From NCBI GenBank assembly GCA_964530955.1, contig CAZHCL010000012.1, positions 1 through 29,078 of the forward strand: a stretch of 29,078 nt of DNA, given 5' to 3'. Below the pieces are notes generated by a model. That model was not told the DNA's origin, made no database searches, and was given only the letters and a program-made list of their open reading frames with translations. Each line of letters begins with the position of its first letter. The stretch's first letter is position 1. The stretch is from Candidatus Woesearchaeota archaeon (GTDB taxonomy: Archaea; Nanobdellota; Nanobdellia; Pacearchaeales; GW2011-AR1). Made by a program: the position numbers and the translations under genes. This document shows positions 1 to 7,490 of this stretch, piece by piece.

Positions 1-2
1 GA

Positions 3-161
3 GGCAATATTGTTGCCCATGCTTCTACTTACAGAATGTATTTCAGAAGAGGAAAACAGGGAAGTAGAGTTGCAAAACTTATTGACAGTCCAAACCTTCC
101 AGATAATGAAACTGTGTTCTTCTTGACTGAGAAAGGTATCAGAGACGAAGAAAGCGAGTAA
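3..161 (+). CDS. radA: DNA repair/recombination protein RadA, C-terminal fragment (gene starts before the window)
   Basis: Hand translation from nt 3 gives [52 protein letters not shown], matching the RadA/Rad51 C-terminus (GGxxxAHxxxxR...R.A.LxDSP.LP..E..F.IT..GI.D). Not in the ORF track. Confidence 0.93.
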   Translation, partial: GNIVAHASTYRMYFRRGKQGSRVAKLIDSPNLPDNETVFFLTEKGIRDEESE

Positions 162-167
162 GATTTT

Positions 168-509
168 TTATTTAGTCTTAGCAAATCCTTCAAAATGAAT
201 AGTTGAGTCACTTAGGGAATAAACTTCGCAAATTCTATACGCTCCTTTCGTGTAAGGTCTGTTGTTTTCTAATAAATGAGTAGTTTCTAAGATGATTATA
301 CTAGCTAGAGGTCTAGATAATTGTTGGTTACCGTTTGTTTCAACTAAAGGTATTTCTCCTTCTAACCAATAGTTTCTTTGACCTTCTTTTTTGAAAGGAT
401 ATGTTTTTCCTTTTTCGAGTTTAGCAGGCAAACATTCTTCTTTTTCTCTCCCCAGAGTTCCAAAACTTCTTAAAGCTAAATCTGGATTGAACTCGACTTT
501 TATTCCCAT
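168..509 (-). CDS. Hypothetical protein (113 aa)
   Basis: Fills the gap between radA and tRNA-Arg, has globular composition and an AT-rich TATA-like upstream region. No motif recognised. Confidence 0.75.
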   Translation of the reverse strand: MGIKVEFNPDLALRSFGTLGREKEECLPAKLEKGKTYPFKKEGQRNYWLEGEIPLVETNGNQQLSRPLASIIILETTHLLENNRPYTKGAYRICEVYSLSDSTIHFEGFAKTK

Positions 510-571
510 TAAAAATCAGCGGTTGTTGTATTTAAAAGAATTTGTATATTTAAGCAATAACTGGTTTGTTA

Positions 572-645
572 CGCCCCTACTCGGATTTGAACCGAGGTTT
601 TAACCTCCGCAAGGTCATGTTCTATCCAGGCTGAACTATAGGGGC
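572..645 (-). tRNA. tRNA-Arg(GCG)
   Basis: The reverse complement folds as a cloverleaf: acceptor GCCCCTA/TAGGGGC, D arm GTTC..GAAC, anticodon arm TGACC-TTGCGGA-GGTTA, T arm CTCGG-TTCAAAT-CCGAG. CCA is not encoded. Confidence 0.95.
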
Positions 646-688
646 ATGGACTGCAGTGATAAGCTTGCTGGATTTAAAGCCTTTGGGT

Positions 689-1258
689 TTAGAAATGTTT
701 GTCAAGCTCTTTCGCATATTTATGAAGTTCTTTATTATCAAACCAAAGTGAAATTTCTCTTTTTGCATTTTCCACTGAGTCAGATGCATGTATGAGGTTG
801 CGGAGAACTCTCTTCTTTGCGTCTGCTAACTGATAAGATTCTAAAATTGCGAAATCTCCTCTTATTGTTCCAGGAGCTGACTGTCTAGGTTCTGTTGAAC
901 CAACCATTTTTCTTACAAGTTCAACTGCATGCGGACCTTCAAGAACAATCGCTATGACTGGCCCTTCTCTTAAGAAATTCATATTCCAGGATTGGATTGT
1001 TTTTCCGAAATCAAGATGGCTAGTGTATTGGAACTTCTTTCCCTCTTTTTCATAGGCTAGCTTTGTCTTGTCATAAACATTCTTTGCCCAGATTTCATCT
1101 AATTGATAATGTTTCTTTGCTAATTCTTCAGTTGCCCAGGCCATTTTCATTGCCGATATTTTGAAGCCCGCTTGTTCAAATCTTGAAATTATTTTTCCAA
1201 CTATTCCTCTTTGCACTGAATCATGCTTTAGAAGGATGAGTGTTTGTTCTATTAACAT
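689..1258 (-). CDS. ndk: Nucleoside diphosphate kinase
   Basis: TLILLKHDSVQRGIVGKIISRFE, GPVIAIVLEG, PGTIRGDF and the catalytic NLIHASDS motif. Confidence 0.97.
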   Translation of the reverse strand: MLIEQTLILLKHDSVQRGIVGKIISRFEQAGFKISAMKMAWATEELAKKHYQLDEIWAKNVYDKTKLAYEKEGKKFQYTSHLDFGKTIQSWNMNFLREGPVIAIVLEGPHAVELVRKMVGSTEPRQSAPGTIRGDFAILESYQLADAKKRVLRNLIHASDSVENAKREISLWFDNKELHKYAKELDKHF

Positions 1259-1353
1259 AAAGTGTTCTGGAAAAGAGGCTTTTTAAGATTAATTGTGGGG
1301 AGTTTTTACTGTTCAGAGAATAGTTTTATTAATCTGAATAATTTATTTATATA

Positions 1354-1932
1354 ATGGAAGTCGATGTTATTCAATTAGCTAAAGATACTGAAATATGCAG
1401 GAACTGCATAAATGTTGTAGTTGGAAAGGGAAATGAAAAAGCAGAGATATTATTTGTGGGCGAAAGCCCTGGAAGGAATGAAGATGAGCAGGGTCTGCCT
1501 TTTGTTGGTGCTGCGGGAAAAAATCTTGATAAACTACTTCAGGAAGTTGGACTTAGTTTAAATGATATTTATGTGACTAATATATTGAAATGTAGACCTC
1601 CTGAAAATAGAGCTCCGTTGCCTGATGAAATTAGGGCTCACACGCCCTGGCTTGTTAAGCAGATAAAAGAGATGAAACCTAAAATTGTATGTTCTCTCGG
1701 AAATTATGCCACTAAGTTTTTCCTTGCGAATGGAGAGGTTGACAAAATGGAAGAGCAACCTGGAATTACTAAAGTACATGGGAAAATTAAAATAATGAAT
1801 TTTGAGGGTTTGCAAATAAAACTCATTCCTCTTTTTCATCCTGCTGCAATAATATACAATAGAGCATTAGTTACTGAATGGGAGAAGGATATGGAGATTG
1901 TTAAAAATGAGATAAAAATCAATAATCATTGA
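1354..1932 (+). CDS. udg: Family 4 (Fe-S type) uracil-DNA glycosylase
   Basis: Motif A GESPG, DEQGLPFVGAAG, NILKCRPPENR and motif B FHPAA. Confidence 0.93.
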   Translation: MEVDVIQLAKDTEICRNCINVVVGKGNEKAEILFVGESPGRNEDEQGLPFVGAAGKNLDKLLQEVGLSLNDIYVTNILKCRPPENRAPLPDEIRAHTPWLVKQIKEMKPKIVCSLGNYATKFFLANGEVDKMEEQPGITKVHGKIKIMNFEGLQIKLIPLFHPAAIIYNRALVTEWEKDMEIVKNEIKINNH

Positions 1933-2057
1933 GTAGAGTTATTAGCGTTTCTTATTTTGATAAACTTGTAATGAGCTGATTTTGTTTCAGTCTTGCATTT
2001 TGGGCAGATATCTTTCATAGTGTAGGTAGAACAGGAAGGGCATTTATTTATTTTCAT
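1926..2057 (-). CDS. nop10: H/ACA RNP protein Nop10 (short, 43 aa)
   Basis: Hand translation: MKINKCPSCSTYTMKDICPKCKTETKSAHYKFIKIRNANNSTQ*. It has a CxxC-x(8)-CxxC zinc ribbon and lies immediately downstream of eIF2-alpha, the canonical archaeal position. Below the ORF-track length cutoff. Confidence 0.85.
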   Translation of the reverse strand: MKINKCPSCSTYTMKDICPKCKTETKSAHYKFIKIRNANNSTQ

Positions 2058-2058
2058 T

Positions 2059-2760
2059 TTAAATGATTTCTTTTACTTCAAAGAATGCTTTCTTTTCTTT
2101 TGCTTTGATTTCCATTTCTTTTATTGCGTTGTTAAGTAGAAGTTCTGCTTCTTTGTAATCTCTTGCTTTTGCTTCGACCATGAAATTGGAAGAACCGAGA
2201 TAATGCATTCCAACACCTTTAACATTCATAATTTCTTTTATATCTGTTAAACCAGATTCCGAATCGCTTCTTAATATTATTGTCTTTTTTATTATTTTTT
2301 CTCTGTCTTTTCTGTCTGCAAGAGATTTTGTAATTGCTTCATATTCACTTTTCTTAAGGTATTTTTCTAACAGAGAAGAATTTTCCTTGACTTGGTCAAA
2401 GAAGTCCCAGATTTCATATTTTTCTTTTATCTTTGAGATTACTGCCAGATAGTCTGGGCAGATTGCTTTTATCATATTTTGGAAGATTTTTTCTTTCTTG
2501 AATCTTTCCTGGATTTCTTCTCTTTCTTTGCCGGTAACTCTTCTAAGACTTAACTCTACATGGTCTGGATATATTTTAAGGACCTTACAAACTATTTTCT
2601 TTTCAGGATGGACATATTCTCTTATGTTTCTTATTCTTCCTGCAGCTATTTCAGAGAAGACTATTGAGCCTGACTGCTTGTCCTCTGTTTCAATGAATAC
2701 TGTTGTTCCATCTACCTTCTTGACAGTGCACATTACTACATCATTTTCTTTTAATGCCAT
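2059..2760 (-). CDS. eif2a: Translation initiation factor aIF2 alpha subunit
   Basis: N-terminal S1 domain (VVMCTVKKV...FSEIAAGRIRNIREYV...CKVLKI...ELSLRRV). Start moved to the ATG at 2760, which overlaps the rps27e stop; the ORF-track extension to 2844 overlaps rps27e. Confidence 0.9.
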   Translation of the reverse strand: MALKENDVVMCTVKKVDGTTVFIETEDKQSGSIVFSEIAAGRIRNIREYVHPEKKIVCKVLKIYPDHVELSLRRVTGKEREEIQERFKKEKIFQNMIKAICPDYLAVISKIKEKYEIWDFFDQVKENSSLLEKYLKKSEYEAITKSLADRKDREKIIKKTIILRSDSESGLTDIKEIMNVKGVGMHYLGSSNFMVEAKARDYKEAELLLNNAIKEMEIKAKEKKAFFEVKEII

Positions 2761-2951
2761 TATCCTAGTATCTCCTTGATGGGTGCTCTGACTTTTGCTT
2801 TGCCGCCACCCGTCTTTAATAGAAGGTAATTGCAGCCTCCGCATTTAACCTTGATTGAAGATTTGCCGAATATAATTTGTCTGTGTCTGCATCTAGGGCA
2901 GGAGATTTTGAGGAACTTTCCTTTTTCGTCGTTTTTTGCTTGATTCATCAT
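2760..2951 (-). CDS. rps27e: 30S ribosomal protein S27e (eS27)
   Basis: KFLKISCPRCRHRQIIF...VKCGGC...TGGGKA zinc ribbon typical of eS27. Confidence 0.95.
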   Translation of the reverse strand: MMNQAKNDEKGKFLKISCPRCRHRQIIFGKSSIKVKCGGCNYLLLKTGGGKAKVRAPIKEILG

Positions 2952-2975
2952 GAATTTTAGTGCGAATAAGAGGTT

Positions 2976-4292
2976 TTAAACTTTTACCAACTCCAATTCA
3001 AGGGTTTTTTGCAATTCCTGGATAAATAAGCTTTCCTGGTCCTTGGATATGAGACAGCCGGCTGCATTTGGGTGCCCTCCGACTTCTCCTCCTAGAGGAA
3101 CTACTACCTGATTGAGAACTTCACGAACATTTCTGCCTTCTCTTCCTGCAAGCCTTGCTGAGACCTTAATTTTGTCTTCATTGTAGGCAAGGGCGACTAT
3201 TATGGTTCCAGTTTCGTAAAGAGGAGATTGTGAAATTATTGATGCGACTGTTCCTATTATTGTATCTTTAACATTGTCTTTTGCGTTTATTATTGCATAC
3301 TTTTTTCCCTGTATTTTTTGAGAGTCGGAGACAAATTTTAGCGCGGAAATAAGATGGTGCTTGTATTCTACATATATTTTTTCAGCTTCTTCCTTACATT
3401 TTTTGTTTCCCATGCAAAAACCAAGAGAGATTTCAGGCCTGTCCATTCTGCTACATGCATTTATGAGTGCTGAAAATTCTCTTGCATCTTCTAATTTATT
3501 AAAGAATTTTACGAGATAGAGATTGCCAAGCATTGAGGAAAGTTTATGCTGTTCAACTCCTCTCAATGCAACTGAAGTGACTAAATTTGACATTTCTTCT
3601 TCCGTTAATTCATGGAGGGATTTGAATCTTCCATCTACTCTAGGTATATTTGCATCTCTTAATAGATCAATAACTCCTTTGTAATCTCCAGTTACTCCCG
3701 GGATATATGGATTTGAAGAATATTCCAAAGCCTTATCCAGAGGGCGAGTTGAAGGATAGAGCAATAGGCCTTTCTTTATTGTTGTTCCAGAGTCTTTTAT
3801 TATTTCTTCATATGTTTTGTTTAAATTTCTGTCTAACATATCGCCCACCATTCCAATTACTGCCAAGTTCGCAAGGTCTATATTATTGTGATTGAGCTCC
3901 TTTGCGAAGAGATAGCATATTCCCGCTGCCGATACAAGGTCGCTCTTGCTTACTAAAGGATTAATCATTAAAACATTGGAGGGTACTTCTTGTATTATTT
4001 CATGATGGTCTAAAATAATTATATCATTTTTCTTTTCCTTCAGATAATTCAGAGAGCCTGATGCGAGGTCAAGAAATATTAGAAGAGCATCTTCCGGAAG
4101 AGATTTTATTATATCTCCTTCAAGATTTTTAACTATCTGGAGAGAAAATTTCTTGTTCCATCTCTGCATTGCTTTTGAGAATATTGCTGCCGAAGTTATA
4201 CCATCTGCATCGAAATGACTTATTACTTTTATGGGCTTATTTTCTGGCAGAGAATTTATTTTTTCTATTGCCTCTTTTATTTTTTCCTGCAT
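2976..4292 (-). CDS. recJ: RecJ/GAN-like DHH family nuclease (Cdc45 homologue)
   Basis: Motifs SHFDADG, DLASG, DHH, GMVGD and a DHHA1 domain ending in GGHPNAAG. Lies directly downstream of rps15. Confidence 0.9.
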   Translation of the reverse strand: MQEKIKEAIEKINSLPENKPIKVISHFDADGITSAAIFSKAMQRWNKKFSLQIVKNLEGDIIKSLPEDALLIFLDLASGSLNYLKEKKNDIIILDHHEIIQEVPSNVLMINPLVSKSDLVSAAGICYLFAKELNHNNIDLANLAVIGMVGDMLDRNLNKTYEEIIKDSGTTIKKGLLLYPSTRPLDKALEYSSNPYIPGVTGDYKGVIDLLRDANIPRVDGRFKSLHELTEEEMSNLVTSVALRGVEQHKLSSMLGNLYLVKFFNKLEDAREFSALINACSRMDRPEISLGFCMGNKKCKEEAEKIYVEYKHHLISALKFVSDSQKIQGKKYAIINAKDNVKDTIIGTVASIISQSPLYETGTIIVALAYNEDKIKVSARLAGREGRNVREVLNQVVVPLGGEVGGHPNAAGCLISKDQESLFIQELQKTLELELVKV

Positions 4293-4407
4293 TTTTTACC
4301 TCTTCACTACTTAAAAATTTAAGTGTTAATTTAAACCTTTTGATTTTGTAAAGGTTATATTAGATTTCAGGTCTGTTTACTAAATTTAAAATTTAAAAGA
4401 ATATATT

Positions 4408-4779
4408 TTACTTAAGCTTCTTGACGGCCCAAAGGCTTTTAGTTAATGAACGCTTTGCAGTGTAATCGTGCTTATGCTTTGCTATGTGGGTGTTTAGAGA
4501 AGTTATTTTATCCTCAGACATTTTCTTTTCTGTCAATGGAAGAAGTTTGTTATCTTTCAATATTTTGGTTATTCTTTTTCCTATTAACTTTGCTTTTGGA
4601 ATTCCATGTTTATCTCTTAGCATCAAACCTATTTTTGCAGGAGAACTGCTTTCTTTGTGCAATTCGACTATTAATTTTTCTACTTCTGCTGGTTTCATTT
4701 TCATCCATTCTGATTTGCTTTCTGTCATGTCTTTTTCTGTATTAGAAGGGTTAAAAAGCTTACGGTTGGGTTTTTTCAT
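4408..4779 (-). CDS. rps15: 30S ribosomal protein S15 (uS15/S13e), shortened
   Basis: W.KMKPAEVEKLIVEL...KIGLMLRDKHGIP core and HIAKHKHD..AKRSL. Start chosen at 4779 (alternative 4728) from the TATA-like TTTTTAAAG at about 4807-4815 on the minus strand. Confidence 0.85.
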   Translation of the reverse strand: MKKPNRKLFNPSNTEKDMTESKSEWMKMKPAEVEKLIVELHKESSSPAKIGLMLRDKHGIPKAKLIGKRITKILKDNKLLPLTEKKMSEDKITSLNTHIAKHKHDYTAKRSLTKSLWAVKKLK

Positions 4780-4909
4780 TTTTTTCTGCGGGAGGAAAAC
4801 AGCAAGCTTTAAAAAGCGTTTTTGCCCTGAATTTATACTTCCTAATAGGAAGATGCTCACCCCCAGACTCACTGGTCTGTCTGAGGCTAGCGCTTTTGAC
4901 CTGATTAAC

Positions 4910-5239
4910 ATGAAATTACCGAAAGAAACTACAAGATACTGCCCATACTGCAGGAAACACACTCCTCAGACAGTCATGACTCAAAAACAGAAGTCAAGAT
5001 CTGCTTCTCATCCTTTATCCAGAGGTTCTAATTCTAGAATGAGATTAAGGGGACTTAGAATTGGTTATGGAAACCAGGGTAAATACTCTAGAAAGGGTCC
5101 TAAAGATTGGAAGATGAAGACAAAGGCTACCAAGAGAATTACCATTCAATTTAAATGCAAGACCTGCGGAAAGATAAAGGGAATGAGCAGTGCAATAAGA
5201 GCATCAAGAATAGAAATAGGAGAAAAGGTATCCAAGTAA
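4910..5239 (+). CDS. rpl44e: 50S ribosomal protein L44e (eL42)
   Basis: MKLPKETTRYCPYCRKHT...GYGNQGKYSR...KATKRITIQFKCKTCGK with two CxxC pairs. An in-frame upstream ATG at 4853 is an alternative start. Confidence 0.93.
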   Translation: MKLPKETTRYCPYCRKHTPQTVMTQKQKSRSASHPLSRGSNSRMRLRGLRIGYGNQGKYSRKGPKDWKMKTKATKRITIQFKCKTCGKIKGMSSAIRASRIEIGEKVSK

Positions 5240-5240
5240 A

Positions 5241-5930
5241 ATGGCAAAAGCAAAAAAACTACAGAAGAAAATATTTTTTGAGGTTTCATCTAGTTTGACT
5301 GCTTCTAAGATATCTCTTTATGCTGCTTCGGCTGAAGAGCTCAACGGAAGAATTATCAAACTGGATCTTACAAGAAGTCTTCGTGGCAAAGGTCTTGAAT
5401 TAAGACTTAGAGTAAAGGCTGAGAATGGAGTTTTAAGCTGTGAGCCTGTTAGTCTTGAATTAGCAGGTTCTTACATAAGAAGGGCATTCAGAAAGGGAGC
5501 AGATTATGTTGAAGATTCTTTTGTTGCTGACTGCAAGGATGTAAAGGCAATTGTTAAATCATTTATGCTTACAAGAAATAAAGTATCCAGAGCAGTAAGA
5601 AGAGAACTTAGAAATACTTCGAGGGAATTTTTAGTAGGTCATCTTAAGATGAGAACTTCCAAGGAAATATTTAATGAAATCATGACTAACAAGATTCAGA
5701 AAGAACTTTCCTTGAAACTTAAGAAGATATATCCTCTTGCTTTCTGTGAAATAAGGATATTTGAAGTGATTGGAGAAAAGCCTGCTTTGAAGATTTCTGA
5801 GAAGGCTGAGAAAAGAGAAGAGCTAAAGGCTGAATCTGAAAAGGAAGCTAGGTCTGAGGCAGCAGTGGTTGCTAATGCTGCTGAAGAGAAAAAGGCTTCC
5901 AAAAAGGCTAAGGCTGAGAAGAAAGAGTAA
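5241..5930 (+). CDS. rps3ae: 30S ribosomal protein S3Ae (eS1)
   Basis: LELAGSYIRRAFRKGADYVEDSF...KKIYPLAFCEIR, with a charged Ala/Glu/Lys C-terminal tail. Confidence 0.92.
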   Translation: MAKAKKLQKKIFFEVSSSLTASKISLYAASAEELNGRIIKLDLTRSLRGKGLELRLRVKAENGVLSCEPVSLELAGSYIRRAFRKGADYVEDSFVADCKDVKAIVKSFMLTRNKVSRAVRRELRNTSREFLVGHLKMRTSKEIFNEIMTNKIQKELSLKLKKIYPLAFCEIRIFEVIGEKPALKISEKAEKREELKAESEKEARSEAAVVANAAEEKKASKKAKAEKKE

Positions 5931-5948
5931 ATTTTAATTTTTATAAAA

Positions 5949-6021
5949 TAGCCCCTCCCGGATTCGAACCGGGGCCACAGGCGCCAAAGGCCTGTATCCT
6001 TGACCACTAGACTAAGGGGCT
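5949..6021 (-). tRNA. tRNA-Gln(TTG)
   Basis: Acceptor AGCCCCT/AGGGGCT plus A73, anticodon arm CAGGC-CTTTGGC-GCCTG, T arm CCCGG-TTCGAAT-CCGGG. Confidence 0.95.
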
Positions 6022-6051
6022 GCTCGTATTCTGATAGGGATTTTAGTTAAT

Positions 6052-6837
6052 TTATAATGGTTTGGGTTTGATATTATCTATTTCTTGGGCATTTTTCCAG
6101 CTAGTGAGAAAATATTGATTCATCGCACTTGCCAGAGAGTTGTCTAAGACCCTAATATTAAATCTTTCTGGCAGGGTTTTGTCTTTCAAGGTTATTTTAC
6201 ATTCTTCTCCATCTCTGATAAATATGGAAAAATTATTCAGTGGAAGATATTTTATTTTTATACCTTCTGCTTGGTAATCTTCTATCAAGTCTGCTTTTTT
6301 TTCGGCAGGATTTGAGCCAATGAGAATAATTCTCACATCTATTTTTTTCTTTATTAGATTCTTGAGATGCTTCAAAACATTATACTTATCATCTACTTGG
6401 TCGAATCTCCAACCTAATATATAGAATGTCTTTTTGGTTTTCTTCATTGCCTCAAAATATATTTCTGAGGAAATATCTTTTCCATAGGTAACTGATAGAA
6501 CTTCCTTTTCATTAGATTTATCTTTACTTCCTTCTTTCGGCAGAGAAAGCGCGTATTTTATTGCTTTTTCTCTTATGCTTAGAAATTCTTTTTCTTTTTT
6601 TTCAAAAAAGTTTCTAATTGCAATGTCTGACTGAATCGATTCGAAAAGAGATATTTTTCCTTTTATCTCTTGTATAAGCTGCTTTTCTATCAATGACTTA
6701 AGTGCAGGATAAACTGCGGTTTGTGGCACTAGGGATGCTCTAGATATGTTGCCCGCATCGGATATTCCTATCTTTAACAGAGTCTCATAAACTAAGGACT
6801 CATACTTTGTCAGACCTAGCTCCCTAAATATTTCCAT
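6052..6837 (-). CDS. TrmB family transcriptional regulator (wHTH plus PLD-like effector domain)
   Basis: LGLTKYESLVYETLL...AGNISRASLVPQTAVYPALKSLIEKQLI is a TrmB wHTH. The C-terminal domain contains IDVRIIL and IFIRDGEE. Confidence 0.88.
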   Translation of the reverse strand: MEIFRELGLTKYESLVYETLLKIGISDAGNISRASLVPQTAVYPALKSLIEKQLIQEIKGKISLFESIQSDIAIRNFFEKKEKEFLSIREKAIKYALSLPKEGSKDKSNEKEVLSVTYGKDISSEIYFEAMKKTKKTFYILGWRFDQVDDKYNVLKHLKNLIKKKIDVRIILIGSNPAEKKADLIEDYQAEGIKIKYLPLNNFSIFIRDGEECKITLKDKTLPERFNIRVLDNSLASAMNQYFLTSWKNAQEIDNIKPKPL

Positions 6838-6840
6838 TAA

Positions 6841-6870
6841 TAATTTATAATTAATACTAATTTATAAAAC
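6841..6870. promoter_or_regulatory. Compact divergent promoter (trmB / NT5C) with a TAATTTATAA direct repeat
   Basis: 54-bp intergenic gap. TAATTTATAA occurs at 6841-6850 and 6858-6867; the second copy lies about 20-30 nt from both ATGs. Confidence 0.55.
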
Positions 6871-6891
6871 TTACTATAATCTTGTCTTCTC

Positions 6892-7434
6892 ATGATAGTG
6901 CTTGTGGATATGTATGGTGTTATTGCAAATTTTGAGGGGGGAGTTCTTGAAAAAATTGCCAAAAAATACCCAAAAGAAAAGCTTATAGCTCTTGAAAATA
7001 GAACAACATTTCATATTAAGGATCAGTACCCTCAAGATATGCGGGCAGACATTGAATCAGTATATTTTTCAGAGGGATTCTTTTTTGGACTAAAGCCGAT
7101 TAACGGGTCTCTAGAAGGTATTTCTAATCTTTCAAGAACTAATAATGTTTTTATCTGCACATCCCCAATATCCCAATACGAATATTGCATCAAAGAAAAA
7201 TATGATTGGGTTAACAAATGGCTTGGAAAGGAATGGGTAAAAAAGATTATTTCATGCAATGATAAGACCTTAATACGTGGAGACATACTTATTGATGATA
7301 AACCGGAGGTGACTGGAGTTATGGATTCTGTCTGGAAACATGTATTATATTCACAGCCATATAATCGAGATTCTAGAAATACAAATAGGATGGTTTGGAA
7401 TAGTGGATATATGGATATTCTTCTAAATGTCTAG
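6892..7434 (+). CDS. 5'(3')-deoxyribonucleotidase (NT5C, HAD family) with altered DxD motif
   Basis: VLVDMYGV (canonical DMDGV), ICTSP, KYDWV, KTLIRGDILIDDKP and QPYN. Confidence 0.88.
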   Translation: MIVLVDMYGVIANFEGGVLEKIAKKYPKEKLIALENRTTFHIKDQYPQDMRADIESVYFSEGFFFGLKPINGSLEGISNLSRTNNVFICTSPISQYEYCIKEKYDWVNKWLGKEWVKKIISCNDKTLIRGDILIDDKPEVTGVMDSVWKHVLYSQPYNRDSRNTNRMVWNSGYMDILLNV

Positions 7435-7490
7435 AATAGTTATACATTAAGCACCATAAACATTATATATCTATAGCTTTCACTTTTATT

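Noticed and set aside
391-603. 70-aa plus-strand ORF
   Set aside because: Antisense to the 168-509 gene and overlaps tRNA-Arg; no motif.
4850-4904. Box C/D sRNA suggested by two CTGA motifs
   Set aside because: No proper RUGAUGA box and the guide spacings are wrong (24 nt and about 1 nt).
4484-4909. Long N-terminal extension of rpl44e in the ORF track
   Set aside because: Antisense shadow of rps15; eL42 homology starts at 4910.
4780-4962. N-terminal extension of rps15 in the ORF track
   Set aside because: Crosses the divergent promoter region and rpl44e; no uS15 similarity.
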